Notes: a model not told the origin generated them from the letters alone. Counted from the first letter of the stretch, positions 1 through 8,651 are shown. The stretch is DNA of 15,579 nt from a candidate division WOR-3 bacterium (GCA_039801565.1 JBDRUX010000057.1:1-15579); one strand, 5' to 3'. Program-made: numbers and translations.

Positions 1-185
1 GCCAGAAGCCCAATCGTTTTTCGTTCCGCGATCGGAATTGTGGCGAGATTGCGCAGTATTTGGGTCAGTTCACCCTTACGACCTAAAAACCGGATGCGAA
101 TTGGCTCTAATTCAGCCAAAGACCGGGCTTGAGTAATTAAAGATTCCGCTTCTTTTTGAATCTGCTCTATGCTCTTCTGATTCAT
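1..185 (-). CDS. pheS: Phenylalanyl-tRNA synthetase alpha subunit, N-terminal fragment (runs off the window)
   Basis: Not in the ORF track. Manual translation from ATG at 185 gives MNQKSIEQIQKEAESLITQARSLAELEPIRIRFLGRKGELTQILRNLATIPIAERKTIG, the typical PheS N-terminal coiled coil (LGRKG.LT...L.....ER..G). It lies directly downstream of rplT, the canonical gene order. Confidence 0.93.
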   Translation of the reverse strand, partial: MNQKSIEQIQKEAESLITQARSLAELEPIRIRFLGRKGELTQILRNLATIPIAERKTIGLL

Positions 186-191
186 TTAAAA

Positions 192-572
192 TTACGCTTG
201 AGCAACGTTGACCGGCTGGGCTAAGGCTTTTTTGGCAACATCGACGATTTGAGCAAAATCTTCTGGGGAGCGGATTGCCAGTTCGGAAAGGGTTTTGCGG
301 TTCATAGGGATATTGGCTAACTTCAAGCCGTGAATGAATTGGCTATAGGAAAGGTCATAAGGATTCAGGGCAGCATTAATTCGGGTAATCCAAAGCGCCC
401 GCTGGGTCCTTTTTTTGCGTTTGCGTTCCCGATAGGCACTTTGCAAACCTTTCATCACCGCGAGCCGCGCTGTCTTATAAAGTCGGTGCTTGCCACCCCA
501 ATAGCCCTTTGCCATCTTCAGCCATTTCTTGCGCCGCTTTCTGGTTACCGGTCCAGTCTTCACTCTGGGCAT
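192..572 (-). CDS. rplT: 50S ribosomal protein L20
   Basis: [43 protein letters not shown] and YSQFIHGLK motifs. Perfect SD AAGGAGG lies 4 nt before the ATG. Confidence 0.98.
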   Translation of the reverse strand: MPRVKTGPVTRKRRKKWLKMAKGYWGGKHRLYKTARLAVMKGLQSAYRERKRKKRTQRALWITRINAALNPYDLSYSQFIHGLKLANIPMNRKTLSELAIRSPEDFAQIVDVAKKALAQPVNVAQA

Positions 573-581
573 TTTTCCTCC

Positions 582-785
582 TTAAACGCCATAAGGCAGT
601 AATCTTTCTACCTTTTTGACAACTGCCTTGTCAACTAAAGTTGGTTTAGAAAGGGCTCTTTTGCGTTTGCGCGATTTGCTGGATAAAAGATGACTTTTAC
701 CGGCTTTGCGACGGATATACTTACCTTGGCCGGTAATTTTGATGCGTTTTTTTAATGCCTTTAAGGTTTTTCGTTTCATTTTCAT
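582..785 (-). CDS. rpmI: 50S ribosomal protein L35 (start may be the second ATG at 779)
   Basis: Basic 65-67 aa protein, KKRIKITGQGK..RRKAGKSHLL..KSRKRKR...LLPY, located between infC and rplT. AAAGGA is spaced for the ATG at 779. Confidence 0.96.
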   Translation of the reverse strand: MKMKRKTLKALKKRIKITGQGKYIRRKAGKSHLLSSKSRKRKRALSKPTLVDKAVVKKVERLLPYGV

Positions 786-791
786 CCTTTG

Positions 792-1328
792 CTACTTTGG
801 TAGAAACATAACTTGCACGGTTTGATTCTTTTCGCCGGTTATCTTGGGTTCGCCTTCGACTGTCGCCACACCGGCTAAATCGTTCTTCAATTGCTCAATC
901 AATTGCATCGCTAAGTCACGATGTAAAACTTCCCGTCCCCGTAATGTTAAAGTCACCCGTACCCGGTCACGATTGGCTAAAAGTTCTTTGATTTTAGCCA
1001 GTTTTACCAGATAGTCGTGTTTACCGATTTTCATTCGCAGTCGCATCTCCCGCACTGTGGTTGCGTGTTGTTTTTTGCGCGCTTCCTTTTCGCGGCATTT
1101 TAACTGGTAGACGTATTTACCATAATCGGTAATAAGACAGACCGGCGGGTCAGCGTTGGGCGAAACTTCAACCAAATCTAATCCCTGGCGCCGGGCTAAA
1201 GAGACTGCTTCCCGAATCGGTAAAACGCCAATCATCTTCTTATCAGTTCCAATCACCCGGACATAGGGTACTTTAATTGCTTCGTTGACCCGCGGCCGGT
1301 TGTTGAATTTACCGCCGCGCTCGGACAT
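792..1328 (-). CDS. infC: Translation initiation factor IF-3
   Basis: RVNEAI...VRVI, LDLVEVSPNADPPVC.I.DYGKY.Y, I..HDY.VK and LRGRE motifs. Start placed at the ATG at 1328 inside the thrS 3' end; the alternative is TTG at 1337, and an in-frame TAA lies at 1344-1346. Confidence 0.95.
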   Translation of the reverse strand: MSERGGKFNNRPRVNEAIKVPYVRVIGTDKKMIGVLPIREAVSLARRQGLDLVEVSPNADPPVCLITDYGKYVYQLKCREKEARKKQHATTVREMRLRMKIGKHDYLVKLAKIKELLANRDRVRVTLTLRGREVLHRDLAMQLIEQLKNDLAGVATVEGEPKITGEKNQTVQVMFLPK

Positions 1329-3222
1329 CTTCCTCAATTTGGTTTATAACACTTTCAATGGCCATACCACCTAAATCTCCTTTTTGTCTTTTCCTTAAAG
1401 CAACGGTCTGGTTTTCCGCTTCCCGTTTACCAATGACCAGCATATAAGGAATCTTATTACGCTCGGCTTCAGCAATTTTATAACTTATCTTCTCATTAGC
1501 AAAATTACCAATGGCGCGAATACCAGATTCCAGCAAAATATTTAAAACCTTTTGCCCATAGGCAACCTGGTCTGAAGTCACGGTTAGAACCACAGCTTGA
1601 TGCGGACTGAGCCAAACCGGAAAGGCACCAGCATAATGCTCAATTAAAATTCCAACAAAACGCTCTAATGCCCCTAAGATCGTCCGATGCACCAAAAGGG
1701 TGGGATGATGTCGCCCATCTTCGCCAACATAATAGATTGAAAAACGATGCGCCAAGTTGAAATCGAATTGGATAGTTGGACACTGCCAGGCACGACCTAA
1801 ACTGTCAAAGAGTTTAATGTCAATCTTTGGTCCATAAAAGACCGCTTCACCAAGCGCGGTGCGATATTCCATCCCCGCCCGTTTTAGCGCTGAAATTAGC
1901 GAAGCCTCAGCCATCTGCCAAGTGGCATCGTCACCCATATACTTTGCCCGCTGGGCGGGGTCACGCACCGAAAGGTCAACCGCAAATTGCGTGAACCCAA
2001 AAGTCTTTAATATCTCAAGGGCTAATTGGATAATACCAAAAATTTCATCTTCAATCTGGTTCGGAGTGCAAAAGATATGGGCATCGTCTTGGGTAATGCC
2101 TCGAACCCGCAAAGCACCGTGTAATGTCCCGGAGCGTTCATTGCGATAAACCGTACCGAGTTCAGCATAACGCACCGGCAGGTCACGATAACTATGAAGC
2201 TTCGACTTATAAATCAAGATATGACCAGGACAGTTCATCGGTTTTAAGACATACTCTTCTTTCTCAACCGGTAGCGTGAACATATTTTCTAAGTAGTAGT
2301 CATAATGACCCGAGGTGTGCCAAAGTTGTCCCCGAAAGATATGGGGCGTGACAACCAGTTCGTAACCATTTTTGATATGAATTGCCTTCCAATAATCTTC
2401 GATGATGCGGCGGATGGTGGCACCCTTCGGATGCCAGAAGATAAGTCCAGCACCAGCTTCTTCCTGAATTGAGATCAACTCTAAAGCCACGCCCAATTTA
2501 CGATGGTCGCGTTTCTTCGCTTCTTCAATCTTAGCTAAATAGGCATCGAGTTCAGCTTGGGTCGGAAAAGCGATACCATAAATCCGCTGTAACATCTTAT
2601 TCTGCTCATCACCTTTCCAATAGGCGCCAGCCACCGAAAGCAATTTGAAGGCATTAATCCAACCAGTGCTGGGTAGATGGGGTCCCAAACAAAGGTCAAC
2701 AAAATCGGCCTGAGCGTATAAAGAGATTTCCGTATCGGGAATTTCGGATAATATCTCTAATTTGTAGTTTTCGTTGCGTTCTTCAAATAATTTGATGGCT
2801 TGGGCACGGGGCAAGAACTGATGGACGATTGGAATATCGGCTAAAACCAATTCGCGCATCTTTTGCTCAATTGTCTCAAGGTCAGTGTCAGAAAATGGTT
2901 TTGCCACATCGAAATCGTAGTAGAAACCTTCTTCAATCGCTGGTCCAATACCAAGTTTAGCATCCGGAAAAAGTTTTTTTACCGCATGTGCCAAAAGATG
3001 CGATGCCGAATGCCAAAATATTGACTTACCTTCGGGCGAGTCGAAACCAATCGGAATCAGTTTGCAATCCGAATCGACGACGCTCGATAAGTCGAGTAAC
3101 TTGCCATTGGCTTGAACCGCAAAAGTCGTCGCACTCAATTCCGGTAGTTGTGCAATCAATGCACTAATTTTAGTTCCGACCGGACATTCCAAAATTTTTC
3201 CGCCAATTTCAATTTTCAGCAC
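1309..3222 (-). CDS. thrS: Threonyl-tRNA synthetase
   Basis: WHSASHLLAHAV, IGPAIEEGFYYDF, DLCLGPH, SVAGAYWKG, RDHRKLG, KPMNCPGH, FYGPKID motifs. Start moved from 3324 to GTG at 3222 because the ORF-track extension is the promoter read in frame. Confidence 0.97.
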   Translation of the reverse strand: MLKIEIGGKILECPVGTKISALIAQLPELSATTFAVQANGKLLDLSSVVDSDCKLIPIGFDSPEGKSIFWHSASHLLAHAVKKLFPDAKLGIGPAIEEGFYYDFDVAKPFSDTDLETIEQKMRELVLADIPIVHQFLPRAQAIKLFEERNENYKLEILSEIPDTEISLYAQADFVDLCLGPHLPSTGWINAFKLLSVAGAYWKGDEQNKMLQRIYGIAFPTQAELDAYLAKIEEAKKRDHRKLGVALELISIQEEAGAGLIFWHPKGATIRRIIEDYWKAIHIKNGYELVVTPHIFRGQLWHTSGHYDYYLENMFTLPVEKEEYVLKPMNCPGHILIYKSKLHSYRDLPVRYAELGTVYRNERSGTLHGALRVRGITQDDAHIFCTPNQIEDEIFGIIQLALEILKTFGFTQFAVDLSVRDPAQRAKYMGDDATWQMAEASLISALKRAGMEYRTALGEAVFYGPKIDIKLFDSLGRAWQCPTIQFDFNLAHRFSIYYVGEDGRHHPTLLVHRTILGALERFVGILIEHYAGAFPVWLSPHQAVVLTVTSDQVAYGQKVLNILLESGIRAIGNFANEKISYKIAEAERNKIPYMLVIGKREAENQTVALRKRQKGDLGGMAIESVINQIEEDVRARR

Positions 3223-3228
3223 TAATAA

Positions 3229-3257
3229 ATGATACTGGATAACTTTGGCGATGTCAA
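3229..3257 (-). promoter_or_regulatory. sigma70-type promoter of the thrS-infC-rpmI-rplT-pheS operon
   Basis: TTGACA (3257-3252), 17 nt, TATCAT (3234-3229), then 6 nt to the GTG start. Confidence 0.85.
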
Positions 3258-3500
3258 GAGCAGATGAACAGATTAAGAAAATTAAATATATATAGTTTTG
3301 GCTTGGTTCGCCCAAAGTTCCCAAATAGCGCCTTTCATTAACAGGACACCCTATTCTGTCTTAAGGAGAAATCTTCTTTTGTGTCGGGCTTAAAAGGAGC
3401 CAAACTCGATAGTCGGTCGATTGGCTACTGCCTAACGCTAATTATTAATTTCAAGTGCTGCCTCGAAACCAGGGTCGGCAAAACTTAGCTTTCGCTAAAG

Positions 3501-3668
3501 GTGACTATATCTGGGTCTAATCTCTGGGCTAAACCAATTGGTTATTCCCAGCCAACCTCTGGAGTTGTCCCACAGTCCATCCTTAAGGCTATTCATAAAC
3601 CTTACCCGAAGTCAATGTCCAATGCTGCCCCAAAAACCACCTGTGAGGCTAACCCGGATACTATCCCC
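3501..3668. repeat. Degenerate 12-bp tandem array (about 14 units)
   Basis: In-register units such as cagccaacctct, cagtccatcctt, aaggctattcat, aaaccttacccg, aatgctgcccca, gaggctaacccg, gatactatcccc. Across the 10 units at 3549-3668, position 2 is A in 9, position 5 is C in 9 and position 9 is C in 8. Confidence 0.6.
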
Positions 3669-3714
3669 TATACTGTATAGAGGGTAGCCAGGGGGCTAGC
3701 CCTGGGCTAGCCCC
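3661..3714. repeat. Two adjacent palindromes with 1-nt centres
   Basis: ctatcccctatac-t-gtatagagggtag (3661-3687, 11/13 match) and perfect ggggctagccc-t-gggctagcccc (3692-3714). Confidence 0.85.
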
Positions 3715-3850
3715 AATTCATCCAATTGAACGTCAATCCGGCTGATGGTTAGCTTAATAAGTTATTGATATATAGAATGATAGTTTCGGGTTAGGACATT
3801 GGATGTCGATTGACACCCGTTGGGTAATTGGTTCGCCCGGTATATTTTCC

Positions 3851-5230
3851 TTATCGGTTTAAACTGTGAATTGACTTTTTATGGACATTCTCGGCTGCTT
3901 CCAATAAAAGTTCGCTTAAGGTGGGATGGGGATGGACGGTGCGAATAAATTCCTTTACGGTCATATCTTGCGATAACGCCAAAGTTGCCTCAGCGATTAA
4001 ATCTGAGGCTTCAGGTGCTAAGATATGGATACCGAGGATTCGGTCACTGTGTTTATCCACAATAACCTTTGCCATCCCGTCTTTTCGGTTCATCGTATGG
4101 GCTCGGCCAATCGCCATTAAAGTGCTTCGACCAATTAATATTTCTTTGCCGGCATTTCTGGCTTCTTCTTCGGTCATTCCGACCGATGCCAACTCCGGAT
4201 CAGTATAAACACAATTGGGCACGATTTTGATAACATTGGGAGTTCCGGCAATCAGTTCTGCCACAATAATCCCTTGTGCCATCGCTTTATGGGCTAATAA
4301 AGGTGGCCCAACCACATCGCCAATCGCATAAAGGTTTGGTACCCGAGTCGAATAGAACTTACTAACAATAATGAACCCTTTCTCATCTTGAGCCACACCG
4401 GTATTTTCTAAGCCAAGATTTTCGGTATTGGGAATTCGACCAATTGCAATTAAAACCTTATCGGCGACTAACCCCTGTTCGGTTCCATCGCGTTCCAAAA
4501 TTAATTTAGAATTTTTTAGGGTCAACTTCGTTTTCAGTTGGAACTCAATTCCTTGATTTGAAAGAATTCGCTTTAAGGTATTGGCAATTTCTCGGTCGCT
4601 ACCCGGTAAAATTTGGTCCATCATTTCGACAACCGTCACCTGACAGCCGAAACGGGAATAGATTGTGGCAAATTCTAAACCAATCGCCCCAGCGCCAACA
4701 ATTAGCAAATTTTTCGGCAGCGATTCTAATTGGAGCGCTTCATCCGAAGTGATGATTGTTTTACCATCCGGAACGATTCCTGGTATCAAAGTCGGTTTAG
4801 AACCAGTAGCAATGACAATTTTATTAGGATTTAAAGTGGTTACTTCGCCTTGGTTATTTATCAATTCAACGGTGGCGGGGTCAACAAACCGACAAGTCGC
4901 TGAAATGAATTCAATATTATAATTACGCAACAGATATTCAATACCCGAACGTAATCTACTCACAACCTGATTTTTCCAATCGTTGAGTGATTTAAAGTCA
5001 ATCGTTGGGTCTTGGAAATTAACCCCAAAACTTTTTGCGGCCTTGGCATTTTGGATAACACTGGTTGCATAGAGCAAAGCCTTGGTCGGAATACAACCGC
5101 GATTGAGACAGACCCCGCCAATTGCCGCATTATCACAAATGGTTACCTTGGCACCCAATTGGGCTAATCGGATTGCCGCGACATAACCACCAGGTCCGGC
5201 GCCAATCACCAGAATATGATTCATCGGCAT
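3851..5230 (-). CDS. lpdA: Dihydrolipoamide dehydrogenase (E3 / glycine cleavage L protein)
   Basis: GAGPGGYVAAIRLAQLG FAD motif, GGVCLNRGCIPTKAL redox disulfide, GAGAIGLEF NAD motif, LAHKA, and the catalytic HPHPTLSE. Start is 5230 or 5224. Confidence 0.95.
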   Translation of the reverse strand: MPMNHILVIGAGPGGYVAAIRLAQLGAKVTICDNAAIGGVCLNRGCIPTKALLYATSVIQNAKAAKSFGVNFQDPTIDFKSLNDWKNQVVSRLRSGIEYLLRNYNIEFISATCRFVDPATVELINNQGEVTTLNPNKIVIATGSKPTLIPGIVPDGKTIITSDEALQLESLPKNLLIVGAGAIGLEFATIYSRFGCQVTVVEMMDQILPGSDREIANTLKRILSNQGIEFQLKTKLTLKNSKLILERDGTEQGLVADKVLIAIGRIPNTENLGLENTGVAQDEKGFIIVSKFYSTRVPNLYAIGDVVGPPLLAHKAMAQGIIVAELIAGTPNVIKIVPNCVYTDPELASVGMTEEEARNAGKEILIGRSTLMAIGRAHTMNRKDGMAKVIVDKHSDRILGIHILAPEASDLIAEATLALSQDMTVKEFIRTVHPHPTLSELLLEAAENVHKKSIHSLNR

Positions 5231-5255
5231 AAGGATAATCCCAACAATTTAATCG

Positions 5256-5975
5256 TCAAAGATTGGAGGTTTCACCGAGATAAGCCGATTTAACTTTAGG
5301 GTTTGTTCTCAATTCTTTAGCAGCGCCAGTTAGAACAATCCGTCCGGTCTCTAAGACATAAGCCCGATGCGCAATACTCAACGCCATATTGGCATTCTGT
5401 TCTACTAAAAGAATCGTTGTTCCCTTTTCGTTAATTTCTTTAATTATCGAAAAAATTTCGGACACCAAAATTGGTGATAAGCCCATTGATGGTTCATCAA
5501 GCATTAAGAGTTTCGGTCTTGCCATTAGCCCGCGTCCCATCGCTAACATCTGCTGTTCGCCACCGGATAAGGTGCCAGCCAGTTGATGTAATCGTTCCTT
5601 AAGGCGAGGGAAGGATTCGAATACCCTTGCCATTGCCGCATCAATCTCTTCCTTGCGGTTTAGATAATAAGCACCCAGCCTTAAGTTTTCGTAAACGGTG
5701 AGATTGGCAAATGGTTTTCTACCTTCTGGAACCGCTGCAATCCCTAATTTTGCAATGCGATGGGCAGGAAGATTATTCAAGATCTGACCGGCAAACTTTA
5801 CCTGCCCGCCACTGGGTTTGACTAAACCAGCGATTGTTTTTAAGGTCGTGCTTTTGCCAGCGCCGTTGGCTCCAATCAGTGTCACAATTTCACCAGGATT
5901 TAACTGAAAGGAGATACTATGTAAGGCACAAATTGCACCGTAATGAACCGTTAAATTACAGACCTCAAGTAACAT
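5256..5975 (-). CDS. livF: Branched-chain amino acid ABC transporter ATP-binding protein
   Basis: GANGAGKST Walker A, VPEGR, AGTLSGGEQQMLAMGRGLM, LDEPSMGLSP, LLVEQN, AYLG. Confidence 0.93.
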   Translation of the reverse strand: MLLEVCNLTVHYGAICALHSISFQLNPGEIVTLIGANGAGKSTTLKTIAGLVKPSGGQVKFAGQILNNLPAHRIAKLGIAAVPEGRKPFANLTVYENLRLGAYYLNRKEEIDAAMARVFESFPRLKERLHQLAGTLSGGEQQMLAMGRGLMARPKLLMLDEPSMGLSPILVSEIFSIIKEINEKGTTILLVEQNANMALSIAHRAYVLETGRIVLTGAAKELRTNPKVKSAYLGETSNL

Positions 5976-5980
5976 TTTGC

Positions 5981-6799
5981 TTATCCAGCTACAGTCACTT
6001 TGCCTAAGTAAGCTTCAATCACCTTAGGGTCATTTTGGACCTCTTCCGGTTTACCTTGGGCGATAATTTCACCAAAGTCCATCACCACTACCCGTTCACA
6101 GATTCCCATCACCACTCGCATCTGATGTTCAATTAAGAGAATCGTTAAACGAAACCGGTCGCGAATCCAAGCGATAAGTTGCATCAATTGGTTGACTTCG
6201 AATGGATTCATCCCAGCCGCTGGTTCATCTAAAAGTAACAACTTTGGCTCACTGACCAAGGCGCGGGCAATCTCCAAACGTCTTTGTTCACCGTAAGGCA
6301 AATTCTTACTGATTTCGTTCCAGCGTGTCTCTAAACCAAAGATAGCAAGGAATTCTTTTGCCTTTTGGGTTAATTCTTGCTCTTCGTGGCGAAAAGTTCT
6401 TGTTCGGAATAAGGTGTGGAACAATCCGCACTGAGTATGATGATGATAAGCAATCCGAACATTATCCAAAACCGTTAATTCCGGAAAGAGCCGAATATTT
6501 TGAAAGGTTCGAGTAATGCCTAATCGGGCAATCTTATGGGGTTTTAGCCCAGTAATTTCTTCACCTTGAAATTTGATACTACCGGTCGTTGGAATATACA
6601 TCCCGGTGATAAGATTGAAGACAGTAGTTTTCCCGGCACCATTTGGACCGATTAAACCCACGAGTTCGCCTTGGTTTAAATCTAAATCAAAATTAGCGAC
6701 GGCTTTTAAGCCCCCAAAGTATTTAGTGAGTTTCCTAATGGCTAAGAGCGGTCTTGAACAATTTTGAACCTTTTGAACTCCTTTTTGTAACTGGGTCAT
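5981..6799 (-). CDS. livG: Branched-chain amino acid ABC transporter ATP-binding protein
   Basis: FGGLKAV, GPNGAGKTT, RTFQNIRLF, LPYGEQRRLEIARAL, LDEPAAGMN, VIEAYLG. Start placed at ATG 6799, which overlaps the livM TGA (ATGA coupling), not at 6910. Confidence 0.92.
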   Translation of the reverse strand: MTQLQKGVQKVQNCSRPLLAIRKLTKYFGGLKAVANFDLDLNQGELVGLIGPNGAGKTTVFNLITGMYIPTTGSIKFQGEEITGLKPHKIARLGITRTFQNIRLFPELTVLDNVRIAYHHHTQCGLFHTLFRTRTFRHEEQELTQKAKEFLAIFGLETRWNEISKNLPYGEQRRLEIARALVSEPKLLLLDEPAAGMNPFEVNQLMQLIAWIRDRFRLTILLIEHQMRVVMGICERVVVMDFGEIIAQGKPEEVQNDPKVIEAYLGKVTVAG

Positions 6800-7761
6800 T
6801 TGGTTATTAACTTGGGTCGTAAAAGTTTGAATTCCTTGCCGCCAAAGATTCCTTTGGGCCGAATCAACATTACGATGATTAAGAGTAAGGGATAAATGAC
6901 TAACCGCCAATCCAGAATCGCTTCGGGTAGGACAACTCTTAACCCTTCAAGTAAAAAGGTCCAGGCAATCGCCGTAATGATTGTGCCCGAAATACTGCCC
7001 AAACCACCCAAGACGATGATTAACATCACATCAATTGACTTGAGAAAATCGAAATTGGCCGGATGGAGAAAAGAGTAGAGGTGAGCATAAAGTGCTCCAG
7101 CCACTCCAGCATAACTACAACCGATGATAAAACCAATTGTTTTGTATTTTGTGGTATTGATACCAACTGCTTCAGCCGCAACTTCGTCTTCGCGAATTGA
7201 AACCAAAGCCCGACCAATACTCGAATCAACCAAATTGCGTAATAGAATGACCGCAATAATGAAGATAAAATAGACCCAGGCGAAAGTGGTGAGTTTGGGA
7301 ATTCCAATCATTCCCCGCGAACCACCCAGACTCGGAATAAGCGCATCGGCATTATCGAAGAAAATTTTGACAATGATACCAAATCCGAGGGTAGCGATAC
7401 CAAGATAATCTGAGCGCAGGCGCAAAATTGGCAGACCGATAAGAAAAGCAACCAAACCGGATAGAATTGCACCGCTCGTCATTCCTAATAAAAGAACCAA
7501 GGGGCTACCACTCTGAATCGTTTTACTAATATAGGCAGATAAGTAAGCACCCAAACCATAAAACGCCGCATGTCCTAATGAGAATTGACCGGTAAACCCA
7601 TAGATGAGATTTAGTCCCAATGCTGATACGGCAATGATGAGGGCACAGCAAAGAATTTGTTGCCAATAAGGATTGATTATTTCCAAAATGATTAGAAATT
7701 GGAGGACAAGATAAACCACAAGGATTAAGCCAATTAATTTTAATGCTTGAAAATACTTCAT
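6796..7761 (-). CDS. livM: Branched-chain amino acid ABC transporter permease
   Basis: GLNLIYGFTGQFSLGHAAFYGLGAY, LRLRSDYLGIATLGFG, SIREDEVAAEAVGIN, VLGGLGS. ATGA overlap with livH. Confidence 0.93.
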   Translation of the reverse strand: MKYFQALKLIGLILVVYLVLQFLIILEIINPYWQQILCCALIIAVSALGLNLIYGFTGQFSLGHAAFYGLGAYLSAYISKTIQSGSPLVLLLGMTSGAILSGLVAFLIGLPILRLRSDYLGIATLGFGIIVKIFFDNADALIPSLGGSRGMIGIPKLTTFAWVYFIFIIAVILLRNLVDSSIGRALVSIREDEVAAEAVGINTTKYKTIGFIIGCSYAGVAGALYAHLYSFLHPANFDFLKSIDVMLIIVLGGLGSISGTIITAIAWTFLLEGLRVVLPEAILDWRLVIYPLLLIIVMLIRPKGIFGGKEFKLLRPKLITK

Positions 7762-8642
7762 ACTTTTTCGGTTGCCGGTTTGCCTAAGATTCCAGTTGGT
7801 TTAATTAAAAGGACAATAATTAAGATGGCGAACGCTACAGCGTCTCGTAAGGTAGAAGAGACAAAAGCTGCGGTCAAGACTTCTACCACTCCCATAATTA
7901 TTGCTCCAATCATCGCGCCGGGGATTATGCCAATTCCACCTAAGACTGCAGCGACGAATGCCTTCAAGCCCGGCATTATACCCATAAATGGATTGATTTG
8001 AGGGTAAGCGATGCCGTATAATACCCCACCAGCCCCGGCTAAGGCTGAGCCGATTCCAAAAGTGATTGAGATGATGCGATTGATATCAATTCCCATTAGT
8101 TGGGCAGTTTCTTTATCAAAAGAGACCGCCCGCATCGCCATTCCGGTTTTGGTCTTAGTGACAAAGAGTTGGAGAAATATCATCAAACCAATTGCTATAG
8201 CAAAGACAATAATCTGGATATTGGATAAAGTGATACCACTCAAAGTATAATTCTTAATTGGGAATGGTCGCGGATAGGGAAGATAATTTGGTCCAAAGAC
8301 AAATTTAAGGCTGGTGAAATATTCTAAGAACAAAGAAACTCCGATTGCGGTGATTAACGCCGCAATCCTTGGCGCCATTCTTAACGGTTTATAGGCTAAC
8401 TTCTCAATGGTCATTCCCAGAATCGCACAGCCCGTCATCGCACCGAGAATGGCAAATGGCAATGGCAAGCCGAATTTACCCAAAAAGTAAAATCCCAGAT
8501 AAGCACCAATCATAAAGACATCACCATGAGCAAAATTTATCAACCGGACAATGCCGTACACCATTGTATAACCCAAGGCAATCAGGGCATAGACAAAGCC
8601 AAGCTGGAGGCCATTGAGTAATTGCTGAAAGAAGTAAACCAT
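7758..8642 (-). CDS. livH: Branched-chain amino acid ABC transporter permease
   Basis: QQLLNGL.LG.VYALIALGYTMVYGIVRLINFAHG, GMAMRAVS.D...A.LMGI, GLKAFVAAVLGGIG motifs. Confidence 0.95.
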   Translation of the reverse strand: MVYFFQQLLNGLQLGFVYALIALGYTMVYGIVRLINFAHGDVFMIGAYLGFYFLGKFGLPLPFAILGAMTGCAILGMTIEKLAYKPLRMAPRIAALITAIGVSLFLEYFTSLKFVFGPNYLPYPRPFPIKNYTLSGITLSNIQIIVFAIAIGLMIFLQLFVTKTKTGMAMRAVSFDKETAQLMGIDINRIISITFGIGSALAGAGGVLYGIAYPQINPFMGIMPGLKAFVAAVLGGIGIIPGAMIGAIIMGVVEVLTAAFVSSTLRDAVAFAILIIVLLIKPTGILGKPATEKV

Positions 8643-8651
8643 TAAAGGTTT

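Noticed and set aside
3223..3324. 34-aa N-terminal extension of ThrS in the ORF track
   Set aside because: It is the promoter (TTGACA/TATCAT) read in frame and does not resemble ThrS.
3476..3545. Resemblance to a c-di-GMP-I riboswitch (GGCAAAAC...GAC...GGGTCTAA)
   Set aside because: The loop is TTTC rather than GNRA on that strand, GCAAA after GAC is missing, and there is no downstream plus-strand gene. An Rfam scan would settle it.
3501..3668. CRISPR array
   Set aside because: There is no identical repeat/unique spacer structure and no cas genes.
3810..3845. TTGACA on the plus strand
   Set aside because: No -10 hexamer at 16-18 nt.
3260..3850. T-box leader for thrS
   Set aside because: No T-box consensus (AGGGTGGNACCGCG) seen on the minus strand, and the promoter abuts the start codon.
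6800..6910. LivG extension to 6910
   Set aside because: It overlaps the livM coding sequence by more than 100 nt; ATGA coupling at 6799 is more plausible.
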